Assembly (NCBI RefSeq): GCF_009914755.1
Contig: NC_060932.1
Reading direction: 5' to 3' (one strand)
From: the human T2T-CHM13v2.0 reference genome, Homo sapiens
DNA: 64,000 bases
Shown: positions 36,932 to 50,359 of the stretch, piece after piece
Layout: the number at the start of each line of letters is the position of its first letter
How positions within the stretch are numbered: position 1 is the first letter of the stretch
Made by a program: the position numbers and the translations under genes
The notes under the pieces: model-generated
Told to the model about the DNA's origin: nothing
What the model saw: only the letters and a program-made list of their open reading frames with translations
Database searches by the model: none

Positions 36932-37160
36932 GTACACATGGTCACAAAGATGAGAACAATAGACACTGAGGACTACTTGGAGGGGGAGACTGGGAGGAGA
37001 GTGAGGGTCATAAAACTACCGATTGGGTATCTTGCTCACTGCCTGGATGATGGAATCATTTGTACACCAAACCCCAGTAATACACTGCCCATGTAACAAA
37101 CCTGCACATATACACCCTGAATCTAAAATAAAAGTTGAATAAATACATAAATATATAAAA
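36932..37160 (+). mobile_element. L1PA15/16-like 3' end
   Basis: aatagacactgaggactac...aaactaccgattgggta...ctgaatctaaaataaaagttg; degenerate TSD taaaaatgt(gct/aca)ccaa. Confidence 0.8.
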
Positions 37161-37515
37161 AATAAAAATGTACACCAAAAAATAGCATCTAAAATCTACC
37201 AATTTCATTAGAGACATAAACCTACAGAATATGAATAAATATGAATGAACCCTAAACAGGGTAATCACAAAGATATTCACACCAAGTTCCCTTGTAATTA
37301 AACATCTGAGAACTAGAAACAAAGAAAAAATTTTGAAAGCAATCAGAGAAAAGACACTTGACCAATACGAGAAAAGCAATTAAAATGACAGATTTCTCAT
37401 CAGAAACCACAGAGGAGAGATGGAAGTGGCACGATATTTTTCAGGTGTCAAAAGAAAAGAGCTCTCAACCTAGGCTGACAATCCTCTACCCAGGATGAAA
37501 TCCTAGTTTCACAAT

Positions 37516-37911
37516 TGCATTAGTCCATTCTCACATTGCTATAAAGAACTACCTGAGACTGGGTAATTTATGAAGAAAAGAGCTTTAATTGGCTCATAGT
37601 TCTGCAGGCTGTACAGGAGGTGTGACTCAGGAGGCCTCAGTAAACTTAGGATCAAAGCAGAAGGCGAAGGGGAAGCAGACACATCTTCATATGGCAGAAC
37701 AGGAGAGAAAAAGAGTGAAGGGGAACGTGCCACACACTTTTAAACAACCAGATCTTGTTAGAACTCTATCACAAGACAGCACTGGGGGATGGTGCGAAAC
37801 CATTGGAAACCACCCCCATGATTCAATCACCTCCCACCAGGGCCCTCCTCCAACACTGCGGATTACAATTCAACATGAGATTTGGGTGGGAGACAGAAAC
37901 AAACCATATCA
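37516..37911 (-). mobile_element. MSTA-like (ERVL-MaLR) solo LTR
   Basis: tgcattagtccattctcacattgctataaagaactacctgagactggg...ccatatca; 5-bp TSD acaat on both sides. Confidence 0.9.
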
Positions 37912-38339
37912 ACAATCCTATACCCTGAATATTCAATCCTATAACCAAAGTGAAAGGGAAATCATAATATTCTTAAGCTGAAGAAAAAGTAAGATAATTT
38001 ACTATCCTATCCAAAAAGTATACCTAAAGAAAGTTCTCTAAACAGAAGGAAAACAAAAGAAAGACACCAGGAAAGGAAGAAAACAGAAAAAAATAAGGTA
38101 AATAAAATGGGATTTCCTTCTCCTTTGGGGTTTTCTAAATTATGTTTGATCGTTAAGTCAAAATTATAACACTGATTTTATTCTAAATTTATGTAGAGAT
38201 AATATTTAGAACTATTATTATATAAACATGGGACAGTAAAGGGGCATAGAAAAGAGGTAAGGATTATATATTTCACTTCAACTGAAAAAAAATGACATCA
38301 GCACCTTGTAATAAGTTTATGTATAGAAAATTGTATATT

Positions 38340-38691
38340 CAGGCGTACCCATTTTACCGCACTTCGCTTTATGGTGCTTTGCAGATATGATGTTTTTTAC
38401 AAATTGGAGGTTTGTGGCAACTCTGCATTACGCACATCTATGGGTGCTGTTTTCTTAACAGCATGTGCTCACTTAGTGTCTTTGTATCAGCACTTTTTAG
38501 CAATAAAGTGTTTTGTAACTGAGGTATGTACATGTTTTTAGAAATATGCTATTGCACACTTCATAGTATGGTATAAATATAACTTTTACATGTGCTGGGA
38601 AATCAGAAATTTGTGTAACTCACTTTATTGCCATATTTGCTTTATTGTGGTGGTCTGGAACTCAACCTGCAATATCTCTGAGATATGTTTG
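38340..38691 (+). mobile_element. Tigger1 internal-deletion derivative (TcMar)
   Basis: Termini caggcgtaccc... and ...caatatctctgagatatgtttg followed by TA resemble Tigger1 TIRs; only about 350 bp retained. Confidence 0.8.
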
Positions 38692-38747
38692 TATAATGTA
38701 ATACCTATAGTGAAACAAGTTATATGAAAGATACATTCAAAACACTA

Positions 38748-38990
<243 letters not shown>

Positions 38991-40059
38991 TTATAAAAAA
39001 TGTTCAATTAACCCACAGCAGGATAGGAAAAAAGAAGATATTGAAAGGAAAAGTAGGGAGCAGAAATAAAGCCTAAAATAAAATGCAGATCTAAATACTA
39101 GCACATCGATAACTAATTAAATGCAGATGTTCTAAAATCACTAATTAAAAAAGAGTGGCAAATGGATTTTAAAATCATGACAATTACAGAATATTAAAAA
39201 CTCTTCAAATATAATGATACAGGCAGGCTGAAATTAAAAGAGTAGTAGAAAAATATAAAATTCAGTCATGAATCAGACAAAAATAGAAATGACTAAATTA
39301 ATTCCAGTAAAGTAGATTTTGTAGCAAAGAAATTACCAGAGAGAGAGGAATAGTGTATAATGACAAAAGTGTCAGTCCACCACAAAGACATTGCAATGGT
39401 AGATGGAGCATGCACCAAGTAATGTAATTGAAAACATGTGAAGCAAAAACTGAAATAAAGAAAAAGAGACACAGACATATCCACAATGATGGATAAAGAC
39501 TTCATACTTCTCTCAACAATCGATAGAAAAACTAGACATAAAATCAACATGGAGATAAGAACCCAACAATACCATCAACCAACAGAATCTAAATAACATT
39601 TATAAAAATTCCACTCAACATCAGCAGAATACACATTATTTTCAAATGTCCATGGAACAAGTACCAAAATCAGCCATATTCTGGGCCATAAGACAGACCT
39701 CAATAAATAGAAAAGATTTGAGATCATGCAGAGAATGTCTTCCAAACATAATGGTATCAAATTAGAAATCACTAATAGAAATAAAACCAAAAATATCTCT
39801 TCACACTTGGCAACAAGACAACCTATTACTAAATAATCCATGAGTCAAAAAGGAATTATCAAGAGAAAGAAAAAAATACATCAAATTGAATGAAAGTTAA
39901 AACATGTCAAAATGTGTAGAACACAGTGAAAGCCATGCTGAGAGGAAAAATTATAGCACTAAGTGCATACATTAGAAAAGAGTTTGAAAAGGCTCAAAAC
40001 AATAATGTGAGCTTTCACCTCAAAAACCTAGTAAGTGACTAAAAAATAAACCCAAAACA

Positions 40060-40970
40060 TTATAAGTCATTAGAGAATTGCAAATTAAAACAACAATGAA
40101 ATACCATTATGCAAGCATTAGAATGAATAAAAATCCAAAAACTGACAATACTAAATGCTGTTAAGGATGTGGAACAATAGGAACTCTCCTTCATTGCTAG
40201 CAGTAATGCAAAATTGTACAGCTAATTTAGGAGATCATTTGGTGGTTTCATATGAAACTAAACATAGTCTTACCACACAACCCAGCAATTGCCTACTTAG
40301 ATAATTATCCTGATGAGTTGAAAACTTATGTCCACATAAAAACTTGCGTATGAATGTTTACATCAGTTTTATTCTTAATCACCAGAATCTGAAAGCTAAC
40401 CAAAATATTTTTTAGTAGATGAATAAACTCTAGTACATCCATAAAATTGAATATAATTGTAGATAATATTAATGAACTATATAATAAAAATTATATAATA
40501 AGTAATGAATTACAAAGCCATGAAAAGACATGAAGGAATATTATGTACATATTGCCAAGTTTAAAAAGCCAATGTGAAATGAAAAGGCTACATATTATAT
40601 AATTCCAACTGCATGACAATCTTGAAAAAAGCAAAACTATGGAGACCTTAAAAAGATCTGTGGTTTCCAGAAGTTGAGGTGGGGTATCAGGGAGGACAGG
40701 AGGGATAAATAGATGGAACATATGAGATTTTTAGGATGATGAAACTGTGCTGTGTGGTGGATATAAGGCATGCATTAGTCAAAACCTATAGAAGAGTACC
40801 ACACAAAAAAAGTAAACCTTAATATAAACTACCAACTTCACTTAATAATAATGTAATAGTATTGGCTCATTAATTGTAACAAATGCATCATTCTATACTA
40901 TGCAAAATGTTAATAGAGGAAATTATATGGGAGTGGGGGAGTATTATCTGCACAATATTTTTGCTCTAAA
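40060..40970 (+). mobile_element. L1MC/MB-type 3' fragment
   Basis: gcaaattaaaacaacaatgaaatacc...; 3'UTR gtcaaaacctatagaa...attggctcattaattgtaacaaatg. Confidence 0.75.
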
Positions 40971-42525
40971 ATGTTGAGGTAGATTTGTACCTGATTTGTT
41001 GAGAGGTTTTATCATGAAGGGATGTCAAATTTTGTCAAATCCTTCTTCTGGCTTATTGAGATGGTCATATGATTTTTACTCTTTATTCTATTAATACGTT
41101 ACATTTATGATTTGCATACATTAAACCATTCTTGCATCCTTGGGATCGATCTTACTTGTTCATGGTGAATAATCTTTTTAATGTGCTATTGACTTTTGTT
41201 TGCTAGTGTTTTGTTGAGTATTTTTGCATCTATGTTCATTAGCAATATTAGCCTGTTTTTTTCTTTTTTATTGAAAGCTTTCCCTCTAAGATTTGGAAGA
41301 AGACAAGGATGCCCATTTTCACAACTCCTTGACATAGTAGTGAAAGTCCTTTCTACAGCAATTAGGCAAAAGAAAGAAATAAAATACATCCAAATAGGAA
41401 AGGAGGAGGAAGTCAAATTGTCCCTATTTGCAGATGACATAATCTTACACATAGAATACTCTAAAGACTCCACCAAAAACCTGTTAGAACTAATAAACAA
41501 ATACAGTAAAAATGCAGGATATAAGATTGATATAAAAAAATCAGTGGTGTTTTTATACACCAATGGTGAACTATCTGAGAAAGAAAAGAAGAAAGTAATT
41601 CCATTTACAGTTGCTACAAATAAATAAATACCTATGAATAAATCTAACCAGGGAGGTAAAATACCTCTACAATGAAAACTGTAAAACTGATTAAATGAGT
41701 TAAAGGGGATAAAAATTAATGGAAAGATATTTGATGCTCATGAATTGGAAGGATTAATATTATTAAATGTTCATACTGCTTAAGACAATCTACAGATTCA
41801 ATACAGTCCTTATCAAAAATTCCAGTGTCATTCTTCACAGAAATAAAAAAGAACAATCCTAAAATTTGTATGAAATAAAAAAAGACCCCAAATAGCCAAA
41901 ACAATCTTGAGCAAAAAGAACAAAGCTGTAGGCATTACACTACCCAATTTTAAAATCAAATCTATAGTAACCAAAACAGCATGATATTGGCATAAAAATA
42001 CATACACAGATCAATGGTACAAAATAGAAAGCTCAGAAACAAATCCATGCATTTACAACCAATTGATTTTCAATAAAGTTGCCAAGAACACACAATGGGA
42101 AAATAAATGGTGCTGGGAAAACTGGATATCCACATGCAAAAGAATGAAACTTGACCCTATCTCTCATGATATACAAAAATCTACTCGAAATAATCTACTC
42201 TTAAATATAAGACTCAAACTATAAAATTAATACAAAAAAGGGGGTGAACACTACATGATATCAGTCTGGACATGGATTTTTTAGACAAGACCTCAAAAGA
42301 AAGAACAACAAAAACAAAAATCAACAAAAACAAAAATAAACAAATAGGACAACATCAAACTAAAAAAGTTCTGCACAGCAAAGGAAAAAATCAACAGCAT
42401 GAAGAAGCAACCATAGAATGAGAGAAAACATTTCCATGTTATATACCTTACAAAGAGTTAATACCCAGAATTTATAAGAACTCAACTCAATGGCAAAAAC
42501 AACTAATTCAATTTAAAAGTAGACA

Positions 42526-42570
42526 GAGCAAGACTCTGTCTCAAAATAAATAAATAAATAAATAAATAAA
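42526..42570 (+). mobile_element. Ultra-truncated Alu 3' end with (TAAA)n tail
   Basis: gagcaagactctgtctc plus tail, flanked by TSD taaaagtagaca at 42514-42525 and 42571-42582. Confidence 0.85.
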
Positions 42571-43440
42571 TAAAAGTAGACAAAAGACCTGTTTAGACAT
42601 ATCTTCAAAGAAGACATACAAATGGCCAACAAGTTTATGAAAAAATGCTCAACATCAGCAACCATCAGGAAAATGCAAATCAAAACCACAATGTGATATC
42701 ACCTCACCCCAGTTAAAATAACTATTACGAAAAAAAACAAAAAATAACAATGCTGTTGAGGATATGGAAAAATGGGAACCCTTATAGATTGTTAGTGGGA
42801 ATGTAAATTAATACAGCCTTTATGGAAAACAGTAGGACATTCCTCAAAAAATTAAAATCAGATCTACCGTATCACCCAGCAGTCCCATTACTGGGTATAT
42901 ATCCAAAAGAAATACAATCAGTATGTCAAAAAGAGATCTCATGTTTATTGCAGGACTATTCACAATATCCAAGATGTGGAATCAAATTAAAGACCCACCA
43001 ATTAATAAATGGATAAGGAAAATGTGGTATGTGTATATATATATATATATATATACACACACAATGGAATATTATTCAGCCATACAAAATAATAAAATTG
43101 TGTCATTGTGCAACATGGATAAGCCTGAAGGACATTATGTTAAGTAAATTAAGCCAGGCACAGAAAGACAAATGCCACATGATCCCATTCATATGTAATA
43201 CCTAAAAAAATTGATCACAAAAAAGTTCAGAGTAGAATAGTTGTTACCAGAGAGTTAGGAGAATACAAGAAAAAGGGAGATGGGGAGGGGCTGGTCATTG
43301 GGTACAATGTTACAGCTGGATAAGAATAAGAAGTTCCATTACTTTATAGCACAACAGGGTGACTGTAGCTAACAATAATGCATTGTATATTTCAAATAGC
43401 GAGGAAAGAGGTTTTTGAATGTTCTTATAACAATGAAATG

Positions 43441-43683
43441 GGCCAGGTGCAATATGAGAGGCTTGAGCGTTGCTTAAGGCAGAGTTCAAGATCAGTCTGG
43501 GCAACATAGCAAGCCCCCATCTTAGGTTTGTTTGTATGCACCTGTAGTCCCAGCCATTCAGGAGGCTGAGGTGGGAGGATCACTTGAGCCAGGAAGGTTG
43601 AGGCTACAATGAGCTATGATCATGCTGCCGCACCCCAGTCTGGGCAACAGAACTAGATCCTATCTCACAAACAAACAAACAAA
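43441..43683 (+). mobile_element. AluJ-like, internally deleted
   Basis: ggccaggtgca...ggaggatcacttgagcc...; (ACAA)n tail. Confidence 0.8.
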
Positions 43684-44415
43684 GATACAATACATGTTTA
43701 AAGTGATGGATATGCTAATTATCACGATTTTATCATTACACAACATATATATATGGCAACATTACGTTGTAATACATGTAAACATGTGCAATTATTTTTT
43801 GTCAAAAAAGAATAAAGATGTGTTGTCAAAAACATGTAAAAATAAATAAAAATATAATCTACTAAGTAAAAAGACTTAATTAAAATTCAACATACATTCA
43901 TAATTAAAAGCTCAAATAATGAAATAGAGGATAATTTTCTCACCTTGATACAAAGCATCAGCTGAAAAGCTGCAACTAACATTATACTGACTGGGGAGAA
44001 TTGATACTTTCTCCTCAAGATCAGGTACAGAAACAGGATGTTAATTCTCACCACTTTTAGTCAACTTAGTGCTGGAAGTTCTGGTAAGTACAATAGGGCA
44101 AGATAAAGAAAGCTGAAAGACTACAGATCAGGATGTAATATATAAAATCATCCCATTTGCGGAAGGCACAATTGTCTTCTACATAGAAAATTCCAATGAA
44201 TCTACAAAAATCTTGTACAAACTAACAACTAATAACTAATCAGCAAGGTCATAGGACAAAAAATATGCAAAAATTAATTTTAATTCTACATATTTGCAAT
44301 AAACACATGAACCCCAACACTTAAAATACAATTATAATCCCTCAAAAATAAAAATGTAGGTATAAATCTAACAAAACATTTACAGAAATTATATATTAAA
44401 ATTATACAACACTAA

Positions 44416-44843
44416 TGTATTAATTTCCTTTTGCTGCTGTAACAAATGACCACAAACATAGTGGCTTAAACCAATACAAGTTTATCAGAACTCTGGAGAT
44501 CATATGTCTTAAATACGTTTCATGAGACCAAAATCAATGCATTGGCAGGCATGGATTCCTTCTGGAAGCTCTTTGGGAGACTGCATTTCTTCACCTTTTC
44601 CAGCTTCTAGGGGCTGCTTCCATTCCTTGGCACGTGGCTCCAGCTAGCAGTTTCATCACTCTGATCTCTGCTTCCAGAGTCACATCTACTTCTCTGTATC
44701 CTCTGCCTCCCTTTTTCACTTAAAGAAACATTACAAGTACATTGGACCTACAAGAATAATACACGATAATCTCACTATTTCTTTATTTCTCTTTCTTCCT
44801 TCTTTCCTTCCTTCCTCTTTCTTTCTTTTTCTTTCTTTCTTTC

Positions 44844-44880
<37 letters not shown>

Positions 44881-45395
44881 TTTCTCTCTCTCTCTTTCTT
44901 TCTTTCTTTTCTTTCTTTCTTTTCTCTCTTTCTTTCTCTTTCTCCCTTCTTTCTTTCCTTCCTTCCTTCCTTCCTTTCTTTCTTTTTTTCTTTTGACAGA
45001 GTCTTGCTCTGTTGCCCAGGTTGGAGTGCAGTGACAGGATCTCGGCTCACTGCAAGCTCTGCCTCCCAGGGTTCACGCCATTCTCCTGCCTCAGTCTCCT
45101 GAGTAGCTGGGACTAAAGGCGCCCACCACCACGCCTGGCTAATTTTTTTGTATTTTTAGTAGAGATGGGGTTTCATCGTGTTAGCCAGGATGGTCTCGAT
45201 CTCCTGACTTCGTGATCCACCTGCCTCGGCCTCCCAAAGTGCTGGGATTACAGGTGCAAGCCATAATCTCACTATTTCAACATCCTGACTTAATCAGATC
45301 TGCAAAGTCCTTTTTGCAATGTAGTTAATTTTTATTCACAGGTTTCAGGGATCAGTTCATGAACATCTCAGAGTGGCCATCATTCTGTCTACTAG
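44416..45395 (-). mobile_element. MLT1 solo LTR interrupted by AluY
   Basis: tgtattaatttccttttgctgctgtaacaaatgaccacaaac...tcacaggtttcaggga...tctgtctacta. Confidence 0.85.
44782..45262 (-). mobile_element. AluY-like with expanded (CTTT/CCTT/CT)n tail
   Basis: tgcaagctct, ttcacgccattctc and ttagccaggatggtctcgatctcc diagnostics; TSD ataatctcactatttc at 44766-44781 and 45263-45278. Confidence 0.92.
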
Positions 45396-46869
45396 AGCTA
45401 ATGAAAAGTAAGAGCAGTTTTACATAAATGAAGAGCTATACCATGTTCATGGTTCGACAGGCTCAGCATGGTAAAAATGTCAATCTCCTCCAAATTTGAT
45501 ACACAGGTGTCACACAATTTCAATCAAAATCCCAGGAAGAATTTTTGCAGATACAGAAAGATTCTTCTAAAATGTATATGGCAAGACAGAGAAACAAATA
45601 TAGTTAAAACAATTTTGGAAAAGAAGAATTTATCTACCTAATTTCAAGGTTTATTATATAACTACACTAATCAAGACAAAATGGTTTTGGAAGAAGAACA
45701 CACACATAGATAAATTTACCAGAATAGAGAAACCAAAACTAAATCCATCCAAATTTGCCCACCTGATTTTTGACAAAGATTCAAGAGCAATTCAGTGGAG
45801 GACAGGTAGCCTTTTAAACAAATACTGGAGCAATTGAAGATTCATAAGCAAAACTACAGCTCACATGTTACACAAAAAGCAACTCAAAATTGAATTACAA
45901 ACTTAAATGTAAAACAAACAAAAAAAAACTGTGAAACTTTCAGAAAGAAAGGAGAAAATCTTTAGAACCAAGGGACAAAAAGAGTTCTTACACTGGCATA
46001 AAAATATCATCCATAAAAATTAATAAATTGGACCTCAAGATGATTAAAAACTTTTGCTCTGTGAAAATGGCTATGAGGTTATGAGGGTAAAAATATAAGT
46101 ACAGATGGGGAGAAAATATTTGCAAACCACAAAGAGAGTAAGATTTTGTTATTTTAAGCCACTAAATTTGTGGCAATTTGTTATGGCAGAAATAAAATAC
46201 TGATACAGTCTCTTTGAGAAATAGTGCCATATCAGGGGCTTAATTTTGTTCTCTCCTGACTCCTTGGACATTCAGAGGCAGCAGTAGCCACTGGCCTTGG
46301 AGAATGCTAGCTAGAGGGAAACTAGGGGCATCCATTCAGATGCCCCTCTTATATTTTAGGATTCCAGGTTTTTCCATCGATGATCCTGATGATGGCAGAA
46401 CAGACCTGCCTTGGCTGAGTATTTTAAAAAATCTCTCTGTGGATTTATGAATCTATCAGATCTACAATATGGTGCTATAAATAATGGTGTATTTATCAGC
46501 TACTAAAGAGGACCTGTGGCTCTCAATACTCAGCTTTTAATGATTGTTAAAATTTTCCATATCTGAGTATTCCCCTGCAGAGCATCAGCACAACTTAGCA
46601 ATAATCGGTCAACTCTGCTGTGTTTGTAGTTGTCGCTCCCTCCTCCCTCTATCTCTTTCATATTCCTGGTTCCTTACACCTGCCACAGTATTCTCTTCCA
46701 TAGAGGCATTTTTCCTGGTCACCATTGGTGCAATATTTAGCACTTTGTGCCAGGCACTCTGTGCGCCACACCCACTACTTAGGGTGGTATCTTTACCCAG
46801 CAGACTGTGATGGGCCAGTCCCAAATCCCCATTTTACCACTTGTTTTCTCAGACCTCTCCTGGTACCAC

Positions 46870-47270
46870 TTGTGCTACTCAAGATCTGCTGAGAAGTGCA
46901 AGATATTTATTAGGAGAGGGAGAAGGAGAAAGAAGGGTCTTCAGACCATGAAGTAGATCTGATACCCGAGGAAGAAGAAAGGGAAAGAAAGATTAAAGAA
47001 GAGGAGCTTGGACTGAAGCACCAATCTAAGCAAGGGTTGGCCTGGCTAGTGAGGGATCCTCAGACGAATGCCTGCAGGAGTCCTCCATCTCATTGGAATG
47101 AACCTGTCTTACCCATCCCACCGTGTTCAGTCATTAGCTGCTAGCAGGCCCCCGGGTGAAACATAGCCTTGGTGCAAATGCAGTGGTAGATCCAGAGGGA
47201 CTGCAGCTGGGGCAGTCATTTATGGTCCCAGCAGGAGATGTGAGAGGTGCATTTTCATGGTCCCCATAGG
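46870..47270. mobile_element. ERVL LTR (LTR16-like)
   Basis: gaagtgcaagatatttattagg...gagcttggactgaagcac...catagccttggtgcaaatgcagtggtagatcc resemble the LTR16 family. Confidence 0.55.
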
Positions 47271-48512
47271 CAACTGTCCTGAGAAGTTTTTCTCCAAGCG
47301 GTGATTCAGAGATCCAGATTCCTTCTACCAAATCCCCACTACCTCTTCAGAGTCTCCCCTTCAGAGACATGGCTAACTCAACTGATCTATCAGGTGTTCT
47401 GTGTTAGGCCACCAAAGAGCAAAGGGAAAATTAGATTTCATGGGAGACTTTTTAGGGACCAAGACTGGAAGTGGTAAACGTAAATTCTACACACATTTTA
47501 TGGCCCAAACCTGCCAAATATCCCCTTCTAAGCACTTTTGGTGAAGACATAATGGTGTTTCTGCCACATGGGAGATCTTAAATGTTACTGAGATGTATGA
47601 TAGCTCAGCTGTGTTGTTGCCATTCCTGCTGTGTTGTCTAGCCTATATTTGTTCTTATGCATGGAACTGGTTGAATCCTGTGTGTCTCTGAAGTTTTAAA
47701 ACCAGTTTAAATCTCAAGACTAGTATTATAGAACAGAGTATTTTAGTTTTGTTTATCTCAGTCCTAACCCATCCTCTCTATCTTTCATGAGGGCCATCCT
47801 CCAACATTAAGAGCATCCATCCTCATGTTTTACAAGGAAGTGTGTTCTTTCCCTAGGAGCAATTCTATTTCTAGTCATTAAGCCAGCATTTTTGCTTTCT
47901 CTCCAGTATATGTACAGATTTTTAATGGAAATATTCTGGAGCAGTATGCCAAAATATGTTAACATAAGACTTTTGTGGGTGTCAAGAGTCTCTTAACTCT
48001 TTATTTAACTTTTTATTCTCATATTTATATTTTACATTATATTATACATCTTTCTGTAATACATTTTAGTTATATATTTATAAGAAAAAATAATTATAAG
48101 AATTAAAGTCTAAATGATGGTGATTCTTTTAAAAATCTGAAATTAAAAATTTCAGGCATTTATAAATTCTTCAATTTTCAAATATATGTTATATATATCA
48201 TCCTTTAGGAGTCCACCTGAGATAATCATTTTTCTAAAATTTATAATCTCTGCTTTAAATCAAATCAGTAAAAAGCTACAAAATTCAGTTCTCCAGCAAT
48301 TTTTTTTATTTCAGTGATTAATTCATTTATTTGTTTAACTAGTACTTATTGATCTCTTGACTATGTATTTGAAACTCTTTTAGACACTGGGCATACACAC
48401 AGTAATGACTATTGTACTCATGACCACATACAATAGTCATGGGCCACCATAGAATGGTGTAGATACACCATAGTATCAGATAATGATAAGAGCTATAAAA
48501 ATAAGGGATGCA

Positions 48513-48754
48513 GCTGGGCGCGGTGGCTCACGCCTGAAATCCCAGCACTTTGGGAGGCCGAAGCAGGTGGATCACAAAGTCAGGAGTTTGAGACCAGCCT
48601 GGCCAACATGGTGAAACCCCGTCTCTACTAAAGATATAAAAAATTAGCTGGGCATGGTGGCATGCACCTGTAATCCCTGCTACTCAGGAGGCTGAGGCAG
48701 GAGAATCGCTTGAACCCAGGAGGTGGAGGTTGCATCTCAAAAATAAATAAATAA
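48513..48754 (+). mobile_element. AluSg-like with internal deletion in the right arm (inside L2-like sequence)
   Basis: ggaggttgca joins directly to tctcaaaa; TSD ataaaaataagggatgca at 48495-48512 and 48755-48772. Confidence 0.9.
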
Positions 48755-48802
48755 ATAAAAATAAGGGATGCATCAACATTGTAATACTATGTTTATTAGA
48801 TC

Positions 48803-49200
48803 CTTTTTTTTAAACAATAATTTCAACTTTTATTTTAGATTCAGGGGATCCGTGTGCAGGTTTGTTACATGGGTATACCGTGTGATGCTGAGGCTTGGGG
48901 TACAAACGATCCCATCACCCAAGTAGTGAGCATAATACCCAACAGGTAGTTTTTAGCTTCTCCCTTCTCCCTCTTTCCTCTCTCTAATAGTCACCAAGTG
49001 TCTATTTTTCCCATCTTTATATCCATGTATACCAAATGCTTAGCTCCCACTTACATGTGAGATGTGGTATCTGGTTTTCTGCTCCTGCAAATTTGCTCAG
49101 GATAATGGCCTCCAGCTACATCCATGTTGCTGCAAAGGACATGATTTCATTCTTGTTATGGTTGCATAGTATTCCATAGTGTTTATGACCATATTTTCTT
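48803..49200 (-). mobile_element. L1PA15/16-like 3' end
   Basis: tttcaacttttattttagattcaggggatccgtgtgcaggtttgttacatggg...gctgcaaaggacatgatttcattc. Confidence 0.85.
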
Positions 49201-49829
49201 TAAAATGGTGGTATTTCTTCAATTTCTGGTTAAATTACATAACATTCAAGCGGACACAAATTTGTAGTAATTTAGGTATGGAAGCAAAGCTATGTGATCT
49301 GAAATGATAAAAATCACCCAGTTAAGTAAAAATTAGTAAGAAATATTGAAGCATCTGAGTATCTGCTTATATCACTCTAAAAATCAGGAAGTACACCAAA
49401 TATAAAAACCATTCAAATCAAGCTTCTCTTTTCCTCCCTGCACATACACTTCAAGACATTTTTCAAGATGGCAACAAACCTACTGTCTCTGTCCACTTTT
49501 CTGGATTAGCACCTTTCTGCCTTTCATCCATTTTAAAACTAAAATGGAGAACTAAGACTTGAGGTAGACTGAAACAGTTTGTAGATCATGGTATTCTAGA
49601 AGACAAGGCTCCCAGTGAGATGTGTTAAAAACAAGAAAGCATTGTCTGCTGAGGAATAGTTTATAATGAACCACACAGTTTTACCAAGTATCTAATATTG
49701 CACCCCTAGGTTCTCCAGCAAAGGAAAGGTGAATTCTTGCAGTGCTCCCAAGTATAATAAAGAAAGCTAGTGGCCATTCATATCTATGTGTCTGCAAACA
49801 TTATATCTGGCTAGTTATGTTTATTTTTT

Positions 49830-50350
49830 TGTGGGCCAGTATCAGTCAGACTTCAATTGGAGAATCAGGACTAGGAGATAATGATAGGTAGAGAGAGACA
49901 GATATATAGTTGATAGGTAGGTAGATTCATAATAGACAAGTTGCAAGGATTTACGATTGTGGGAGGTGATCACACAATCTGTGAGAAAGCTTTCTGCATA
50001 ACTATTGCTGGAGCTTGATGTCCACAGGGCAGGTAGAACAGAAGGGAAGATGAACACAAAGTGGAGCCGACCAAGCACAACCTGGACCCACATCAGTATG
50101 GACTGAGACCCGTGTTAGTTCTTGTTGCCACTGACCAGGGTGATGTGAGATAATGCAGAAGCCAAAACCCTTTGTCATGGAGCTAACTAAGCATGCACAC
50201 CTGGCCAGACATTGCCTCACACCAGTGAAGTGAGTTAGCAAGTATCATTGGTGAGCTCCTACCTTTCCCTAGTTACTCATTTATTATATTAAATGTTCCC
50301 TGTTGAAGTTACCAATGTGGTCTCTGTCTCCTAAGTGGACCCTGACTGAT
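49830..50350. mobile_element. Degenerate ERVL-type LTR fragment(s)
   Basis: LTR-like motifs (tatcagtcag...gattgtgggag; tctgtctcctaagtggaccctgactgat); family uncertain. Confidence 0.4.
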
Positions 50351-50359
50351 TTATGCCAT

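Larger units (their letters stand above)
40971..43850 (+). mobile_element. L1MA-type element with 5' inversion (40971-41270 antisense)
   Basis: Antisense RT segment (...[11 protein letters not shown]...) abuts sense LKAFPLR...LFADD; L1MA-like 3'UTR and A-rich tail. Confidence 0.85.

Noticed and set aside
41186-41627. Overlapping antisense ORF pair as a bidirectional gene
   Set aside because: Artefact of the L1 inversion junction joining sense and antisense RT sequence.
44775-45050. Highly charged K/E/R protein
   Set aside because: Reverse translation of the (CTTT)n microsatellite plus Alu end.
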